64,000 bases of DNA from Pecten maximus (taxonomy: Eukaryota). A program made the translations under genes and the position numbers. This document shows positions 39,046 through 54,165 of this stretch, piece after piece. The stretch spans positions 39,308,001-39,372,000 of the forward strand of contig NC_047025.1 in NCBI RefSeq assembly GCF_902652985.1, given 5' to 3'. Each line of letters opens with the position of its first letter. Positions within the stretch are counted from its first letter, which is position 1. The notes beneath the pieces are model-generated. The model had not been told where the DNA came from. It saw only the letters and a list, made by a program, of their open reading frames with translations, and did not search any database.

Positions 39046-39924
39046 TTTACGATGTATATAGCCTACCTTTTGGCATTTTTCGACCAGTGAATTGCCAATA
39101 ATAATCATAATTGTTTATATGCAGTATGTTATAACGATATGATAGTTAAGATTGTTGAAGTAATAGCGCTCTGACGTTGTGATATATTGGTTATTGGTGG
39201 TGACACGGCTTACTCAGCAATGACTAAGTGATATCATGGAGACTAGATATTGTCATCAGTTCGAGAATTACACACTAGTGTAAATAAAGCTGCCGAAATA
39301 TCACAAATAAGCTGACGGGAAGCACTGTTTGAAGCTACATGCGAATTAGATTTCATGTCGTATAGAATTTGAAGAGTATAGTATTAGGGTTAGATAAACA
39401 TATAACCAATCAACTCTCGGCAGGTAATCTGGTGTACACCTGTGTATAATCACTACTGCACCAGCTATAATAATTATGTATATTACAAGTACATTTTGTA
39501 TGAAAGTGGTGACACAAGCGTACGTCGGTTTTATCTAGACAGACTGATAGTATTTAACACTTCAGAGTTTCGGATTTTTAACTGTACTTGTATTATCTAT
39601 TTTCACGTTACCACTATTTCAAATAGTATTAGATATTAAATATGATATCATTATATTACGATGGTGCAGGTTTACATGTAAGACAAAGTAGACGTTGTTT
39701 AACTGTTGTTAGATCTTGCCATGCACATAACAAGGATATTTAGATAAGGGCAGTTACAAGTAATAGAGTTTATCAAAATGTAAGCTGCTATTGGTCACAG
39801 CTGGCTGTACAATCGAGAATTACTACGATATTTCCTAAATCAATACGGTTTCTTTAATACTGAATGTGGCTTCCGTGTTGAAAAAAGGAAGTTTTATATT
39901 TGTATACGGATAGTTCTATATCTT

Positions 39925-40240
39925 ATTCGAGTATTTCCATATTGAATTCAGATAAGTCTATATCCGATTCGAGTATTTCCATATTGAATACAGGTAAGTC
40001 TACATGCGACTCGAGTATTTCCATATTGAATACATACAGGTAATTCTACACCAGACTCGAGTATTTCCATATTGAATACAGGTAAGTCTACACCAGACTC
40101 GAGTATTTCCATATTGAATACAGGTAAGTCTATATCCGACTCGAGTATTTCCATATTGAATTCAGATAGTTCTGTATTTAATACGAGTATTCCCGTATTG
40201 TATACGGGTACTTCCATATTAAATCCTAGTATTCCCAATG
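39925..40240. repeat. 42-bp minisatellite
   Basis: Unit CTCGAGTATTTCCATATTGAATACAGGTAAGTCTACACCAGA. Confidence 0.85.
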
Positions 40241-41354
40241 ATCGTTTTTAATCCTGAAGGTCAGTGTTTCAGTAATTCCAGGACATGCCCACAGAACGTT
40301 ACACTTGAGTAGACGTATTGACAGCCGTGTATAGATGTGTTTGTCATTTTTTTCAAGTGCTATCTTTCGGGTTATTTATTTATTTATTTATTTATTCATT
40401 TATTTATTTTATTTATTCTATGGTTACAATTTTTCAAAATAGATAATATACACTTTATATTTCCCAGACCAAGATAGAAACAGCAATTAAGTAGCATATA
40501 TACCTACAATGTCAATGTTTAATTAAGACAGGTACAGTATGTACAATGTTTATGTACGTAATACTGTTATAACAAGGGCAGGGTAGCGCACTTCTTTATT
40601 CCAAACGAGACTATACTTTACAAAGCACGTGTTTACCACAGTGGTTACAATATCGTACTCAAATTAGTACTCAGGTCAATAAGAATGTATACTAATGTTA
40701 CAACATGTGTTCATACAGTGTTCATAACTTTACTACCAAAGTCATGAAATTAAAAACATCTTACTATAGAATTTTTCACAATTATCGAAAACTTATAAGT
40801 GTTTTTTTTTTTTTATTTACCAAAGTATTTAATATACGAATTCAGTAATGTTACAAGCTTGTGATTAAAATATACATAAGCATAAATGTATTAACATTTG
40901 AGAGGTGAAATGGATCATTAATACAATTATATTTAAGTAATAAATCGTCTATATAATCATACAAATAACAACTCACTGTAGAAATGGCAATACAGTAATA
41001 AAGAACGGTGATACTATATCAATAAAATATTAATGGAGCAATGGTAATAAAGTAATAAAATACTAATGGAACAATGAAAATATATTAATAAGATGTTAAT
41101 GGAACGATGGTAATATAGTAATAAAATATTAATGGAATGATGAAAATACAGTAATGAAACATTGATTGAAAGAATAAATACTGATGGAACGAATGAAATA
41201 TTATAATGATATATACGACAGTAATTAAATATTCATGGAATGATTATAATGAAAGTAATATAATACTAATGAAGTTGGGAAATATAAATGGAACGACGAT
41301 TACATAACTATATGTATTTTAATTGCGAAACAAGTTATATCAACTTATATTAAT

Positions 41355-41500
41355 CACCCTTATTGGTCCTGATGGAAGCGTGCGAGGGTTCTTACTGTGG
41401 GAAAAAACTGGAGCACCCAGAGGAATGCACACGAGACTGTGCATGTGGTCACAAAACCTTTCACGTCCAATCGGGGAATCGAACCCCGATTATTCAGAGT
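41355..41500 (-). mobile_element. tRNA-derived SINE; a related fragment lies at ~29345-29450
   Basis: B-box GGTTCGATTCC on the minus strand (~41475-41487) and a conserved-core-like AACTGGAGCACCCAGAGGAA. Shares GATGGAAGCGTGCGAGG with the 29360 copy. Confidence 0.55.
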
Positions 41501-41953
41501 AAAATAGTACACGGACTATTATTACAGTAGCCAGTACGTGGTGGAATAATACAAATGTAAGGACGAGAAAGCACAAAGAAACAAGAATATGGTTGATGAG
41601 GATTAAAACAAGACGATGGACACAACGTGAGTCTTAATCAAACAAAGTCGAGGACTGTTACCACGGACTCCTAAATCCAATGGTCAACGTTTCCTATTTA
41701 TCCATTCGTAAAGGAGCGGTCATAAATGTAGGTAGGTATTGTCTTCCACGCGATTTACACGCGATGTTGAGAATATACATTGTTTTTATGTTTTATTAGT
41801 GTATCTAATAAATGTATATTTCCTCATGTTTTACGCGTGTTGTTGCACATCAAGCATTCTAATGTTTCGCGTGTGTTGTTAACAAATGTTTATATACCAT
41901 CCTTACGTTTTGAACCATCCCAGTTTTACACGTTTTTAGGTAAAATAAACACA

Positions 41954-42388
41954 TTATCCCACTTTAACTGTTACATTAAACACGTGTAAGTAGGAAATAC
42001 ACACGTTTGTATAAGAGAGAGAGCGCAGTTGAGCCTCCGCCATAGCCTTCAGCATGCCGCCTATTGACGTTATGTTAATCTTCGTTATATCCACACTGTG
42101 GAGGGAAGGAAAGGATTCCAAGTCCAAGGCGTCCGCAACACAAAACCCTAACGCTGAGGAGACATTAGAGACCACACTGTACAATCGGTAGGCCGTCCCT
42201 GACGAAGTCGTGTTGAGTGTGTCCCGCTGAAACAATACCGAAGATGGTTGTCCAGGTTTATCATTCTTCAGACAAATACAGTAACTTGGGTAGCCAAGTC
42301 GTGGATCACCCAGAAAGAAATTTCCAGACGTTACAACCGCAAGAGAGAAGAGGCCGACCACCCAGGTAAGTGTTATAACCCTCTGCAT
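41954..42388 (-). CDS. Uncharacterised secreted 4-Cys protein, paralog 3 (144 aa from ATG 42388)
   Basis: MQRVITLTWVVGLFSLAVVTSG signal peptide, then FFLGD..YPSYCIC..SVLFQRDTL..YRLYSVVSN..LGFCVADAL..FPS..YTNVCISY. Confidence 0.88.
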   Translation of the reverse strand: MQRVITLTWVVGLFSLAVVTSGNFFLGDPRLGYPSYCICLKNDKPGQPSSVLFQRDTLNTTSSGTAYRLYSVVSNVSSALGFCVADALDLESFPSLHSVDITKINITSIGGMLKAMAEAQLRSLSYTNVCISYLHVFNVTVKVG

Positions 42389-45300
42389 CCTGTTGTTTCG
42401 GGAATCACGATGATATGTTATGGACACTTTTCGATTCTATGCTCTAAACAACACTCTGTCTCTCACCTGCATTCTTCTAACAATAGATCCACTGCTTTAA
42501 AACAAAATGGCGATTGTTCGAAACCTAGTGAAACCTTTCTAATAACGGGAATCTCTGATAAGAATGTTTGAGGTATCGATCTTTTTTATCCATCCCGACC
42601 TAGGGGATAGATCATACGTCATTTTCCGATATTGGGGAAAGATATTGCATGGTAATATTGACGTGTAGAATAATCTCATCAAATAAAATACCACAGGAAG
42701 TCTCAGTACATATGTTATACACACTCTGGTTTATAATCCAAAACTAAACAGAAATCTCGTAAAAATTGTCATCGCCATGAAGTGATTTAAACATTCAACT
42801 TGCAGAATGACATGCAATTTGAAACACTTACAAATATCCACAATACGTTGTGAAGCAGGTTAACCTTGCCATGAAAACGAGAACCTTCTTAAATGAAATA
42901 GTTTCTTGATATTTTATAAATCACCCAAAATAATTATATTTTTTTTTTGTAACAAAATTATCGATATCGTATCTCATACATTATAAATAAATCAATTTAA
43001 TATCAATAATGCAAAATTAAGAAGCTTTGTATGGGTGTCAAGTTGACAAGACAGGTCCAGTGATGACTTTGATATATGGTCCTACAGTAAACAGTGGTCG
43101 GGGATATAGACAGGGGTCATTCTTGGTGTGGCCGGTTCAACTATAGATAAAAAAATATCATCAGTACTATGTCTAGTGCTAGTGTTGACTTTATATGAAT
43201 TTGATGAGCTTTTGAAAAATCAAGGACAGGATATTCTTATATTTCTTAAAACGGACGTTGTATTGAATTCCTTTTCAGAGTAATTAAGATCAATCACGTT
43301 CATTAGATTTAAAAAATTCAAGCTTCAAATTCAAATGATAAAAATCATCAATTTTGAATCTCTTGATCCCGAAAATCGAGACCACATTTTAACTGTCTCC
43401 TTGATAGGTACGTGGCTATGCCTCCAAATGAAGCATCTCATTAATTGATACTTGTAATATTGCTTGATAACTCAGGAAAAGCTACCAACATATATTCCTT
43501 TTTTAGACAAAGTTAATTTTCTGTATTGTATATTTTCAGGTTACCGTTTAACTATTTAGGAGGAGCCTTTATCGTTTTATTTGAACCCTAAACATCACAA
43601 AATGCGTTTTTAGACAATGTGTTGTTACTGATTTGGCCTGGTAATCATTTCTTTCTACTACAAATCTCGGTTTATTTAAAATCAAGGTTGCGGTCGTGGT
43701 ATTGTGTACTGAAGAAGTTTTAGTATCATAAAGTGGAGTTAAAGTCATTAAAGGGTACCATGAGGGAGTCCAATCTTGAACTAATCGCGTTATTTAGAGT
43801 TATATTTACTTACAATGTATAGCAAAACTTGTCTGTATTGTTACTGCATACCTTTAACGTTGAGGCATGATAACATTTAACCGGATTCTCAACGTCATCC
43901 TATTGATTACGTTATATATATCCGTTAGACGCTGGTTGTGGTACAATATGGATTAGTGGTACTTGTTCAGATTTAAACTGTAGCTCTATCAAGGCGAGCA
44001 CTAATAAACATCCGAGACAAGTAGTATAATTCCGATAGGTGGCTAGCATTCGTCATTTAGGAAACAGGTTGTGAAAAATTACAGAGAAGGCGAAGAAAAA
44101 GAGAACTAGTCGGAAAAACACAAAATATGATTCTAGAAAAACATCATGAAGAAGGAAATATAGACAAATATAGCATAAAATTGGAAAGACGACAAATATA
44201 TCATCAAATAGACAGAAATTATTAATATAAATTTATATTCTTACAAATAACCTCAGAAAAGAAAAGATACCTCAGTAATGTTTTTGGGGTAGCACATTTA
44301 CCATAAACAGAACTCAAAATTCTTGATAATATTATTCAATATATATCTAAATAAAGATGTAGCTTTACTTAAAATCAGGAATCAAGTAGACACATGTAAT
44401 TAATCTTGGATTCTGACAACAAATATCACAAAGAAGTACTAGACCATGTTATAAACTATACACTAATAGTTTTACATCAGGAAGACAGAGCAAAATACAT
44501 GTATAATCTTGTATAAAATTGAACAAAACTGCTGGATTGAATAAATAAGTACCAAACCAGTAGTTTTACAAATAACCTAAAATACCAAGTAGAGTGAATT
44601 AAGTAGTATTAAAGCAATAGTTTCAGAAATGATAAGAAAGGGAACAAAAAGCAAATTTGAAAACGCACTGGCACATTTAACTTTAAGACCAAACACATTT
44701 ATAGGTGATATTTTGTTTGTGTATTTATGAGGACTCACGCCAACGTTGTACTCGTTAATTACTTGTAAATAACCAACATCTCCCACACCACTTAAACATG
44801 TGACATGCTAATCGTGTGTTGTCGATATCAGACTTGTTAACAATTGGTATTTCGTCCACACAAAAAATCTTAGCCAAAGGGGGACAATCGCAAGTATGTT
44901 ATCTTATGTGACTGATAATTGGATGCAGCATAAATGACGTAGCCAAATTTATGAATATTCTTCCAACTAATCCTTCCAAAACAGAATCTCCAGTTTTAAT
45001 CTTGTGTCGGCGAGAAGCTGTCCTACAGGTTGGATGATGAGCACGACATGCGAAGTTTTAATGGACTTTGGTTTGTAACAGTTTTTGGGGGCGAAGGTTT
45101 CAATTATATTATTTTCCATACTTGTTTGTAAAATCAATACATGTATAGACCATTGTAGTTATCAATGAACCAAATTCGATATGATGTAACGATTGTCAAT
45201 ATGAACACATGGCTGGCATTGTTTGTTGTTCTGTGGTTTTCTTTGAAATGAATTAGGGTGAAAATGAAAAATACCAACCTTCTATGATTCTTTTTCAGAG

Positions 45301-45489
45301 TAATTCAAACTTTTGATAGTGTATTTAAGGCTGATTAAAAATTATGACTCGAGCCGTCTTTCTCTATCCAAACATATCAAGCTGCTACATATACAATGTA
45401 ATAAAAATAATCTGTGTAATCTTGGAAAGTATTTAAAATGGTTCATCCCCTAGCTATTCGTATAAATTGTATAAATACTGTTGAATATT

Positions 45490-46540
45490 TATATTGTATA
45501 TGAGGTTTATATCATGTATGAGGTTTATATTATGTATGATGTGTATATATGAGATTTTTATTAAATATGATGTTTATATTATATATGAGATTTATATTAT
45601 GTACGAGGTTTATATTATTTATCAGGTTAATATTGTATATGAGGTTTATAGCATGTATGAGGTTTATATTGTGTATGAGGTGTATATTATATATGAGGTT
45701 TATATTAAGTATGAGGTTTACATTCTATAAAAAGTTTGTTTAATAACTTAATGCTGCTTTAGTCGATTGTATGGATGATGAATTGAGATGCTCTTGAGAC
45801 AAATTAAATGAACTGCGAAGTAAGCAGCTCATTACTTGTGTTACTATTACATAATGCGTTTGCTTATTTTCTTGAACTATTACATAGCTAAAATGAACTA
45901 TTGCACGGTCACTTGCCAACTTTTGAGCACTGCGTGACGTTTCAGAGTTTAGTTCATCGTTCAAGCGTATAAGTCACTCTGATGTCACGTCTAAGCCTAC
46001 AGGAAAGAGTAGGCCTTCAGAATCGGACAGATGCTGGCGCCTCGTGCACTATAAATTGTTCATACACACAGATTGATGTTAATCTGGTCAAATTCATGGA
46101 CAAATGAAACAGATCAACCATAGTAGTTTCAACGAGTTCATTTGAATGGAAATCGAAATATATTATGTATGAGGTTTACATTATGTATCAGGTTTATATT
46201 ATGTATGAGGTTTACATTATGTATGAGGTTTACATTATGTATGAGGTTTACATTATGTATGAGGTTTACATTATGTATGAGGTTTACATTATGTATGAGG
46301 TTTACATTATGTATCCGGTTTACATTATGTATGAGGTTTACATTATGTATGAGGTTTACATTATGTATGAGGTTTACATTATGTATGAGGTTTACATTAT
46401 GTATCCGGTTTACATTATGTATGAGGTTTACATTATGTATGAGGTTTACATTATGTATCCGGTTTATATTTTATGTGATTGTGATATATATGACGTTGAT
46501 ATATATGAGGTTTACATTATATATGAGGTGTATATCATAT
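45490..46540. repeat. 21-bp minisatellite in two blocks (45490-45730 and 46160-46540)
   Basis: Unit ATGTATGAGGTTTACATT-like (18-21 bp). Confidence 0.85.
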
Positions 46541-46947
46541 ATGATTTTTTTTGGCAATATCTGTCTACTTGTTTTGCATTTTGGTCACCTAATAAATACA
46601 ATCACACATATGGTCAACATTTATTTGGCCAATAAGCAGTGATATGTAAATAACAAATGTAGATAGTACAACCGAGGTATATAATCATATAGCACTATGA
46701 CTACGATAGCTTAAGAACAGAACACTACATATATAACGATATAGCGAATTGTATAGTCACAGATGCAAGTGTGGTAGGCAAAGCAAATATAGTTATATTG
46801 CTTGTAAGTTAGGCAAGAATGTATTGCAGCTTGCTGTCACATTCGAAAACACAATCATTGTCATCAAATTTCCCATCGACAGGACTAATCAGTTGATTCC
46901 ACTTGATAATCAGATAACTGCCACACACTAATGCTCTGAAGTCCACA

Positions 46948-47370
46948 TTAGAATGGAACTAACAAGTAAGCTATACAGGCATCAGTGTAAGTTAACGAGG
47001 GGAAATGTAACAACGCCACAGCCCCGAACATGTCCTGTCGGGTCAGAATCGTCGTGTTATTGGTAGCCAGGGGTTTGAAGGACGGGAAATGTCCACGTTG
47101 TAAATATTCAGTGACACAGTAGCCCAGGTTAGAGTTGATACTAAATGCTATACTTAATATAGTATATGCTGTCTGAGGCACTGTTCGGTCCAAACTGTCA
47201 CGCTCAAACACTATTGAAGTTGTATTTGATTTCCTGTTTGTCTCCTGACAGATACAGTAACTTGGGTACTTGGATGTTGTATCTCCTAGATGGTAGGTTA
47301 TTGTCTCCACGCCAGGACTGACCATCAGGGTAACCCATAGGGAGACCATGGACATAGCCACGGTGTTCAT
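46948..47370 (-). CDS. Uncharacterised secreted 4-Cys protein, paralog 4 (140 aa from ATG 47370)
   Basis: Signal peptide, then YHLGD..YPSYCIC..SIVFERDSL..YTILSIAFS..LGYCVTEYL..FPSFK..YTDACIAY. Confidence 0.88.
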   Translation of the reverse strand: MNTVAMSMVSLWVTLMVSPGVETITYHLGDTTSKYPSYCICQETNRKSNTTSIVFERDSLDRTVPQTAYTILSIAFSINSNLGYCVTEYLQRGHFPSFKPLATNNTTILTRQDMFGAVALLHFPSLTYTDACIAYLLVPF

Positions 47371-47429
47371 TTTGGTCACTATACACAAATCTGGCCTAAC
47401 TAGGAGGGCATCTGAAACAAAAAGAGTAT

Positions 47430-48062
47430 ATCATCATAATCACCCAGCTATCACCACCACCCTACCACCAACCCATCATAATCACCCAGCTATCACCGCC
47501 ACCCTACCACCAACCCATCATAATCACCCAGCTATCACCACCACCCTACCACCAACCATCATAATCACCCAGCTATCACCACCACCACCACCCTACCACC
47601 AACCCATCATAATCACCCAGCTATCACCACCACCCTACCACCAACCCATCATAATCACCCAGCTATCACCGCCACCCTACCACCAACCCATCATAATCAC
47701 CCAGCTATCACCACCACCACCACCCTACCACCAACCCATCATAATCACCCAGCTATCACCACCACCCTACCACCAACCCATCATAATCACCCAGCTATCA
47801 CCGCCACCCTACCACCAACCCATCATAATCACCCAGCTATCACCACCACCACCACCCTACCACCAACCCATCATAATCACCCAGCTATCACCACCACCAC
47901 CACCCTACCACCAACCATCATAATCACCCAGCTATCACCACCACCACCACCCTACCACCAACCATCATAATCACCCAGCTATCACCACCACCCTACCACC
48001 AACCCATCATAATCACCCAGCTATCACCACCACCACCACCCTACCACCAACCCATCATAAGC
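47430..48062. repeat. ~42-48-bp C-rich minisatellite
   Basis: Unit ATCATAATCACCCAGCTATC(ACC)nCTACCACCAACCC. Confidence 0.9.
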
Positions 48063-49399
48063 ACCATCACCGTCGTCGTCGTCGTCGCCCTCGTCGTCGT
48101 CGTCGTTAGAAATGCTAACATGTAGAAGGATCATTGCCCTGATGACAAACTGAGTATAAACGTAACGTTGGAGTTGGTACTAAATATGTGTATGGACACT
48201 TGATATGCTGTGAGTAAATTTCGTCGTGGTTTTCACTACTAACCTTGTACCTACACATTTTACATTTCAGTCGTTTTCGATATTGCTACTAGGAAACTTT
48301 TGCAATGTGCTATGAAAAAAAGATGAAGAAAATTAAAGAAAAATAATAATAAATAAAAATTGAAGAGGAATGCTGTAATTTTCTGAATATATTACCAATA
48401 AAACATTTTTTACACGAAAACACATACATGAATGTATATCGGTATATCGGTGACTGTAATAATATGCTACTTATAAAGCTTTGCTATTGGATTGTTTTAG
48501 TATTTGTATTTAAGTCTTGGTTAAATAAACTATGAATTAAGCTGAAAGTTACCAACTCTTCCCCAACTGTAGGACGTACTTAATATATTTTGTACAGTAT
48601 AACGAATACGTGTGTGTTCTCTAAAGATTAAAGTATCAATAACTGTTAGTTGTTATCGTTAATTGTGTTGAAATATAGAATTATATATAGATTCTATTTT
48701 ATCCTTTGTATAAAAATCTGTAATAATGATAGTTTAAAACGAACTTACCTTCTGAAACATTCCGACTTTGTGAGGAACGCGTCATACGTTCACGTACCTG
48801 TAGTACAAATTGGTATGGATGAAGATAACATTGTGTGAGATTTCAACGCGTTTGATCTTTGAATGGCGGTTGCTGTGTTCACGATGTTACAAATTGGCTC
48901 GTGTCCACCTAACAACTTCTCTAGAACTACCCAAGTCACAAAGGACCTTTATGCATTATCTGTCACGTGTCCTTCCGCCACTATTTACGCTTATAACCAG
49001 GACTCCATTATTTTGTCTGCTCGAAGACATTAATCAGATGCAACGAATATGCTATAAATACAAAATGAAAGATACTGGAATTCGAGGCAGATTCCAGTTC
49101 TAATTGTGTTTTATCGATCTACAATGGACTGGAAATCTTGTCAAATTATAAACTAGAAAGATGGAAGGTCTTCTCCATAATCATTTAGATAATATTTGCA
49201 TATTGATATTATCACATAACATGTCCTACCTCATAAATCGAGGAACATATATTACAAAAGCAGATTTTAAACTAGTTATGCAATGTATTGGTGTATAAAC
49301 AACCATATATAGTCTGTGTGGTTGAAGTCCATATCGACTACTGTGTAAACAATTTGGATGGTAAATCCAGTCGCTAGGAACCTTAGTGTGTAAATAATA

Positions 49400-52300
49400 A
49401 CAGTAAACGATACCGAGATATTTGATCTGTATTAAACACGGTGTATCAGTAATAACAGTTAACGACACTTAGATATCTGATCTGTATTAAACATGATGTA
49501 TCAGTAATAACAGTTAACGACACTTAGATATCTGATATGTATTAAACATGATGTATCAGTAATAACAGTTAACGACACTTAGATATCTGATCTGTATTAA
49601 ACATGATGTATCAGTAATAACAGTAAATGACACTTAGATATCTGATCTGTATTAAACACGGTGCATCAGTAATAACAGTTAACGACACTTAGATATCTGA
49701 TCTGTATTAAACATGATGTATCAGTAATAACAGTTAACGACACTTAGATATCTGATCGGTATTAAACATGATGTATCAGTAATAACAGTTAACGACACTT
49801 AGATATCTGATCTGTATTAAACATGATGTATCAGTAACAACAGTTAACGACACTTAGATATCTGATCTGTATTAAACATGATGTATCAGTAATAACAGTA
49901 AATGACACTTAGATATCTGATCTGTATTAAACACGGTGTATCAGTAATAACAGTTAACGACACTTAGATATCTGATCTGTATTAAACATGATGTATCAGT
50001 AATAACAGTTAACGACACTTAGATATCTGATCTGTATTAAACATGATGTATCAGTAATAACAGTTAACGACACTTAGATATCTGACATGTATTAAACATG
50101 ATGTATCAGTAATAACAATTAACGACACTTAGATATCTGATCTGTATTAAACATGATGTATCAGTAATAACAGTTAACGACACTTAGATATCTGATCTGT
50201 ATTAAACATGATGTATCAGTAATAACAGTTAACGACACTTAGATATCTGATCTGTATTAAACATGATGTATCAGTAATAACAGTTAACGACACTTAGATA
50301 TCTGATCTGTATTAAACATGATGTATCAGTAATAACAGTTAACGACACTTAGATATCTGATCTGTATTAAACATGATGTATCAGTAATAACAGTAAACGA
50401 CACTTAGATATCTGATCTGTATTAAACATGATGTATCAGTAATAACAGTTAACGACACTTAGATATCTGATCTGTATTAAACATGATGTATCAGTTATAA
50501 CAGTTAACGATACCGAGGTATCTGATCTGTATTAAACATGATGTATCAGTAATAACAGTAAACGACACTTAGATATCTGATCTGTATTAAACATGATGTA
50601 TCAGTAATAACAGTTAACGACACTTAGATATCTGATCTGTATTAAACATGATGTATCAGTAATAACAGTTAACGACACTTAGATATCTGACATGTATTAA
50701 ACATGATGTATCAGTAATAACAGTTAACGACACTTAGATATCTGATCTGTATTAAACATGATGTATCAGTAATAACAGTAAACGACACTTAGATATCTGA
50801 TCTGTATTAAACATGATGTATCAGTAATAACAGTTAACGACACTTAGATATCTTATCTGTATTAAACACGGTGTATCAGTAATAACAGTAAACGACACTT
50901 AGATATCTGATCTGTATTAAACATGATGTATCAGTAATAACAGTTAACGACACTTAGATATCTGATCTGTATTAAACATGATGTATCAGTAATAACAGTT
51001 AACGACACTTAGATATCTGATCTGTATTAAACATGATGTATCAGTAATAACAGTAAACGACACTTAGATATCTGATCTGTATTAAACATGATGTATCAGT
51101 AATAACAGTTAACGACACTTAGATATCTGATCTGTATTTAACACGGTGTATCAGTAATAACAGTAAACGACACTTAGATATCTGATCTGTATCAAACATG
51201 ATGTATCAGTAATAACAGTTAACGATACCGAGGTATCTGATCTGTATTAAACATGATGTATCAGTAATAACAGTTAACGACACTTAGATATCTGATCTGT
51301 ATTAAACATGATGTATCAGTAATAACAGTTAACGGCACTTAGATATCTGATCTGTATTAAACATGATGTATCAGTAATAACAGTTAACGACACTTAGATA
51401 TCTTATCTGTATTAAACATGATGTATCAGTAATAACAGTTAACGACACTTAGATATCTGATCTGTATTAAACATGATGTATCAGTAATAACAGTTAACGA
51501 CACTTAGATATCTGATCTGTATTAAACATGATGTATCAGTAATAACAGTTAACGACACTTAGATATCTGATCTGTATTAAACATGATGTATCGGTAATAA
51601 CAGTAAACGACACTTAGATATCTGATCTGTATTAAACATGATGTATCAGTAATAACAGTTAACGACACTTAGATATCTGATCCGTATTAAACATGATGTA
51701 TCAGTAATAACAGTTAACGACACTTAGATATCTGATCTGTATTAAACATGATGTATCAGTAATAGCAGTTAACGACACTTAGATATCTGATCTGTATTAA
51801 ACTTGATGTATCAGTAATAACAGTTAACGACACTTAGATATCTGATCTGTATTAAACATGATGTATCAGTAATAACAGTAAACGACACTTAGATATCTGA
51901 TCTGTATTAAACATGATGTATCAGTTATAACAGTTAACGATACCGAGGTATCTGATCTGTATTAAACATGATGTATCAGTAATAACAGTAAACGACACTT
52001 AGATATCTGATCTGTATTAAACATGATGTATCAGTAATAACAGTTAACGACACTTAGATATCTGATCTGTATTAAACATGATGTATCAGTAATAACAGTT
52101 AACGACACTTAGATATCTGACATGTATTAAACATGATGTATCAGTAATAACAGTTAACGACACTTAGATATCTGATCTGTATTAAACATGATGTATCAGT
52201 AATAACAGTTAACGACACTTAGATATCTGATCTGTATTAAACATGATGTATCAGTAATAACAGTTAACGACACTTAGATATCTGATCTGTATTAAACATG

Positions 52301-54165
52301 ATGTATCGGTAATAACAGTTAACGACACTTAGATATCTGATCTGTATTAAACATGATGTATCAGTAATAACAGTTAACGACACTTAGATATCTTATCTGT
52401 ATTAAACACGGTGTATCAGTAATAACAGTAAACGACACTTAGATATCTGATCTGTATTAAACATGATGTATCAGTAATAACAGTTAACGACACTTAGATA
52501 TCTGATCTGTATTAAACATGATGTATCAGTAATAACAGTTAACGACACTTAGATATCTGATCTGTATTAAACATGATGTATCAGTAATAACAGTAAACGA
52601 CACTTAGATATCTGATCTGTATTAAACATGATGTATCAGTAATAACAGTTAACGACACTTAGATATCTGATCTGTATTTAACACGGTGTATCAGTAATAA
52701 CAGTAAACGACACTTAGATATCTGATCTGTATCAAACATGATGTATCAGTAATAACAGTTAACGATACCGAGGTATCTGATCTGTATTAAACATGATGTA
52801 TCAGTAATAACAGTTAACGACACTTAGATATCTGATCTGTATTAAACATGATGTATCAGTAATAACAGTTAACGGCACTTAGATATCTGATCTGTATTAA
52901 ACATGATGTATCAGTAATAACAGTTAACGACACTTAGATATCTTATCTGTATTAAACATGATGTATCAGTAATAACAGTTAACGACACTTAGATATCTGA
53001 TCTGTATTAAACATAATGTATCAGTAATAACAGTTAACGACACTTAGATATCTGATCTGTATTAAACATGATGTATCAGTAATAACAGTTAACGACACTT
53101 AGATATCTGATCTGTATTAAACATGATGTATCGGTAATAACAGTAAACGACACTTAGATATCTGATCTGTATTAAACATGATGTATCAGTAATAACAGTT
53201 AACGACACTTAGATATCTGATCCGTATTAAACATGATGTATCAGTAATAACAGTTAACGACACTTAGATATCTGATCTGTATTAAACATGATGTATCAGT
53301 AATAGCAGTTAACGACACTTAGATATCTGATCTGTATTAAACTTGATGTATCAGTAATAACAGTTAACGACACTTAGATATCTGATCTGTATTAAACATG
53401 ATGTATCAGTAATAACAGTAAACGACACTTAGATATCTGATCTGTATTAAACATGATGTATCAGTTATAACAGTTAACGATACCGAGGTATCTGATCTGT
53501 ATTAAACATGATGTATCAGTAATAACAGTAAACGACACTTAGATATCTGATCTGTATTAAACATGATGTATCAGTAATAACAGTTAACGACACTTAGATA
53601 TCTGATCTGTATTAAACATGATGTATCAGTAATAACAGTTAACGACACTTAGATATCTGACATGTATTAAACATGATGTATCAGTAATAACAGTTAACGA
53701 CACTTAGATATCTGATCTGTATTAAACATGATGTATCAGTAATAACAGTTAACGACACTTAGATATCTGATCTGTATTAAACATGATGTATCAGTAATAA
53801 CAGTTAACGACACTTAGATATCTGATCTGTATTAAACATGATGTATCGGTAATAACAGTTAACGATACCGAGATATCTGATCTGTATTAAACATGATGTA
53901 TCAGTAATAACAGTTAACGACACTTAGATATCTGATCTGTATTAAACATGATGTATCGGTAATAACAGTTAACGACACTTAGATATCTGATCTGTATTAA
54001 ACATGATGTATCAGTAATAACAGTTAACGACACTTAGATATCTGATCTGTATTAAACATGATGTATCAGTAATAACAGTTAACGACACTTAGATATCTGA
54101 TCTGTATTAAACATGATGTATCAGTAATAACAGTAAACGATACCGAGGTATCTGATGCATATTAA
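49400..54165. repeat. 55-bp satellite array with a 1540-bp (28-mer) internal duplication
   Basis: Unit AGATATCTGATCTGTATTAAACATGATGTATCAGTAATAACAGTTAACGACACTT. Diagnostic variants recur at +1540. Confidence 0.96.

Noticed and set aside
43000-45100. Possible decayed CR1/L2-like LINE
   Set aside because: Only vague motif remnants; could not be delimited or supported.
47348-47923. Pro/His-rich extensin-like 191-aa ORF
   Set aside because: Derived from a minisatellite, antisense to paralog 4, with frame switches inside the repeat.
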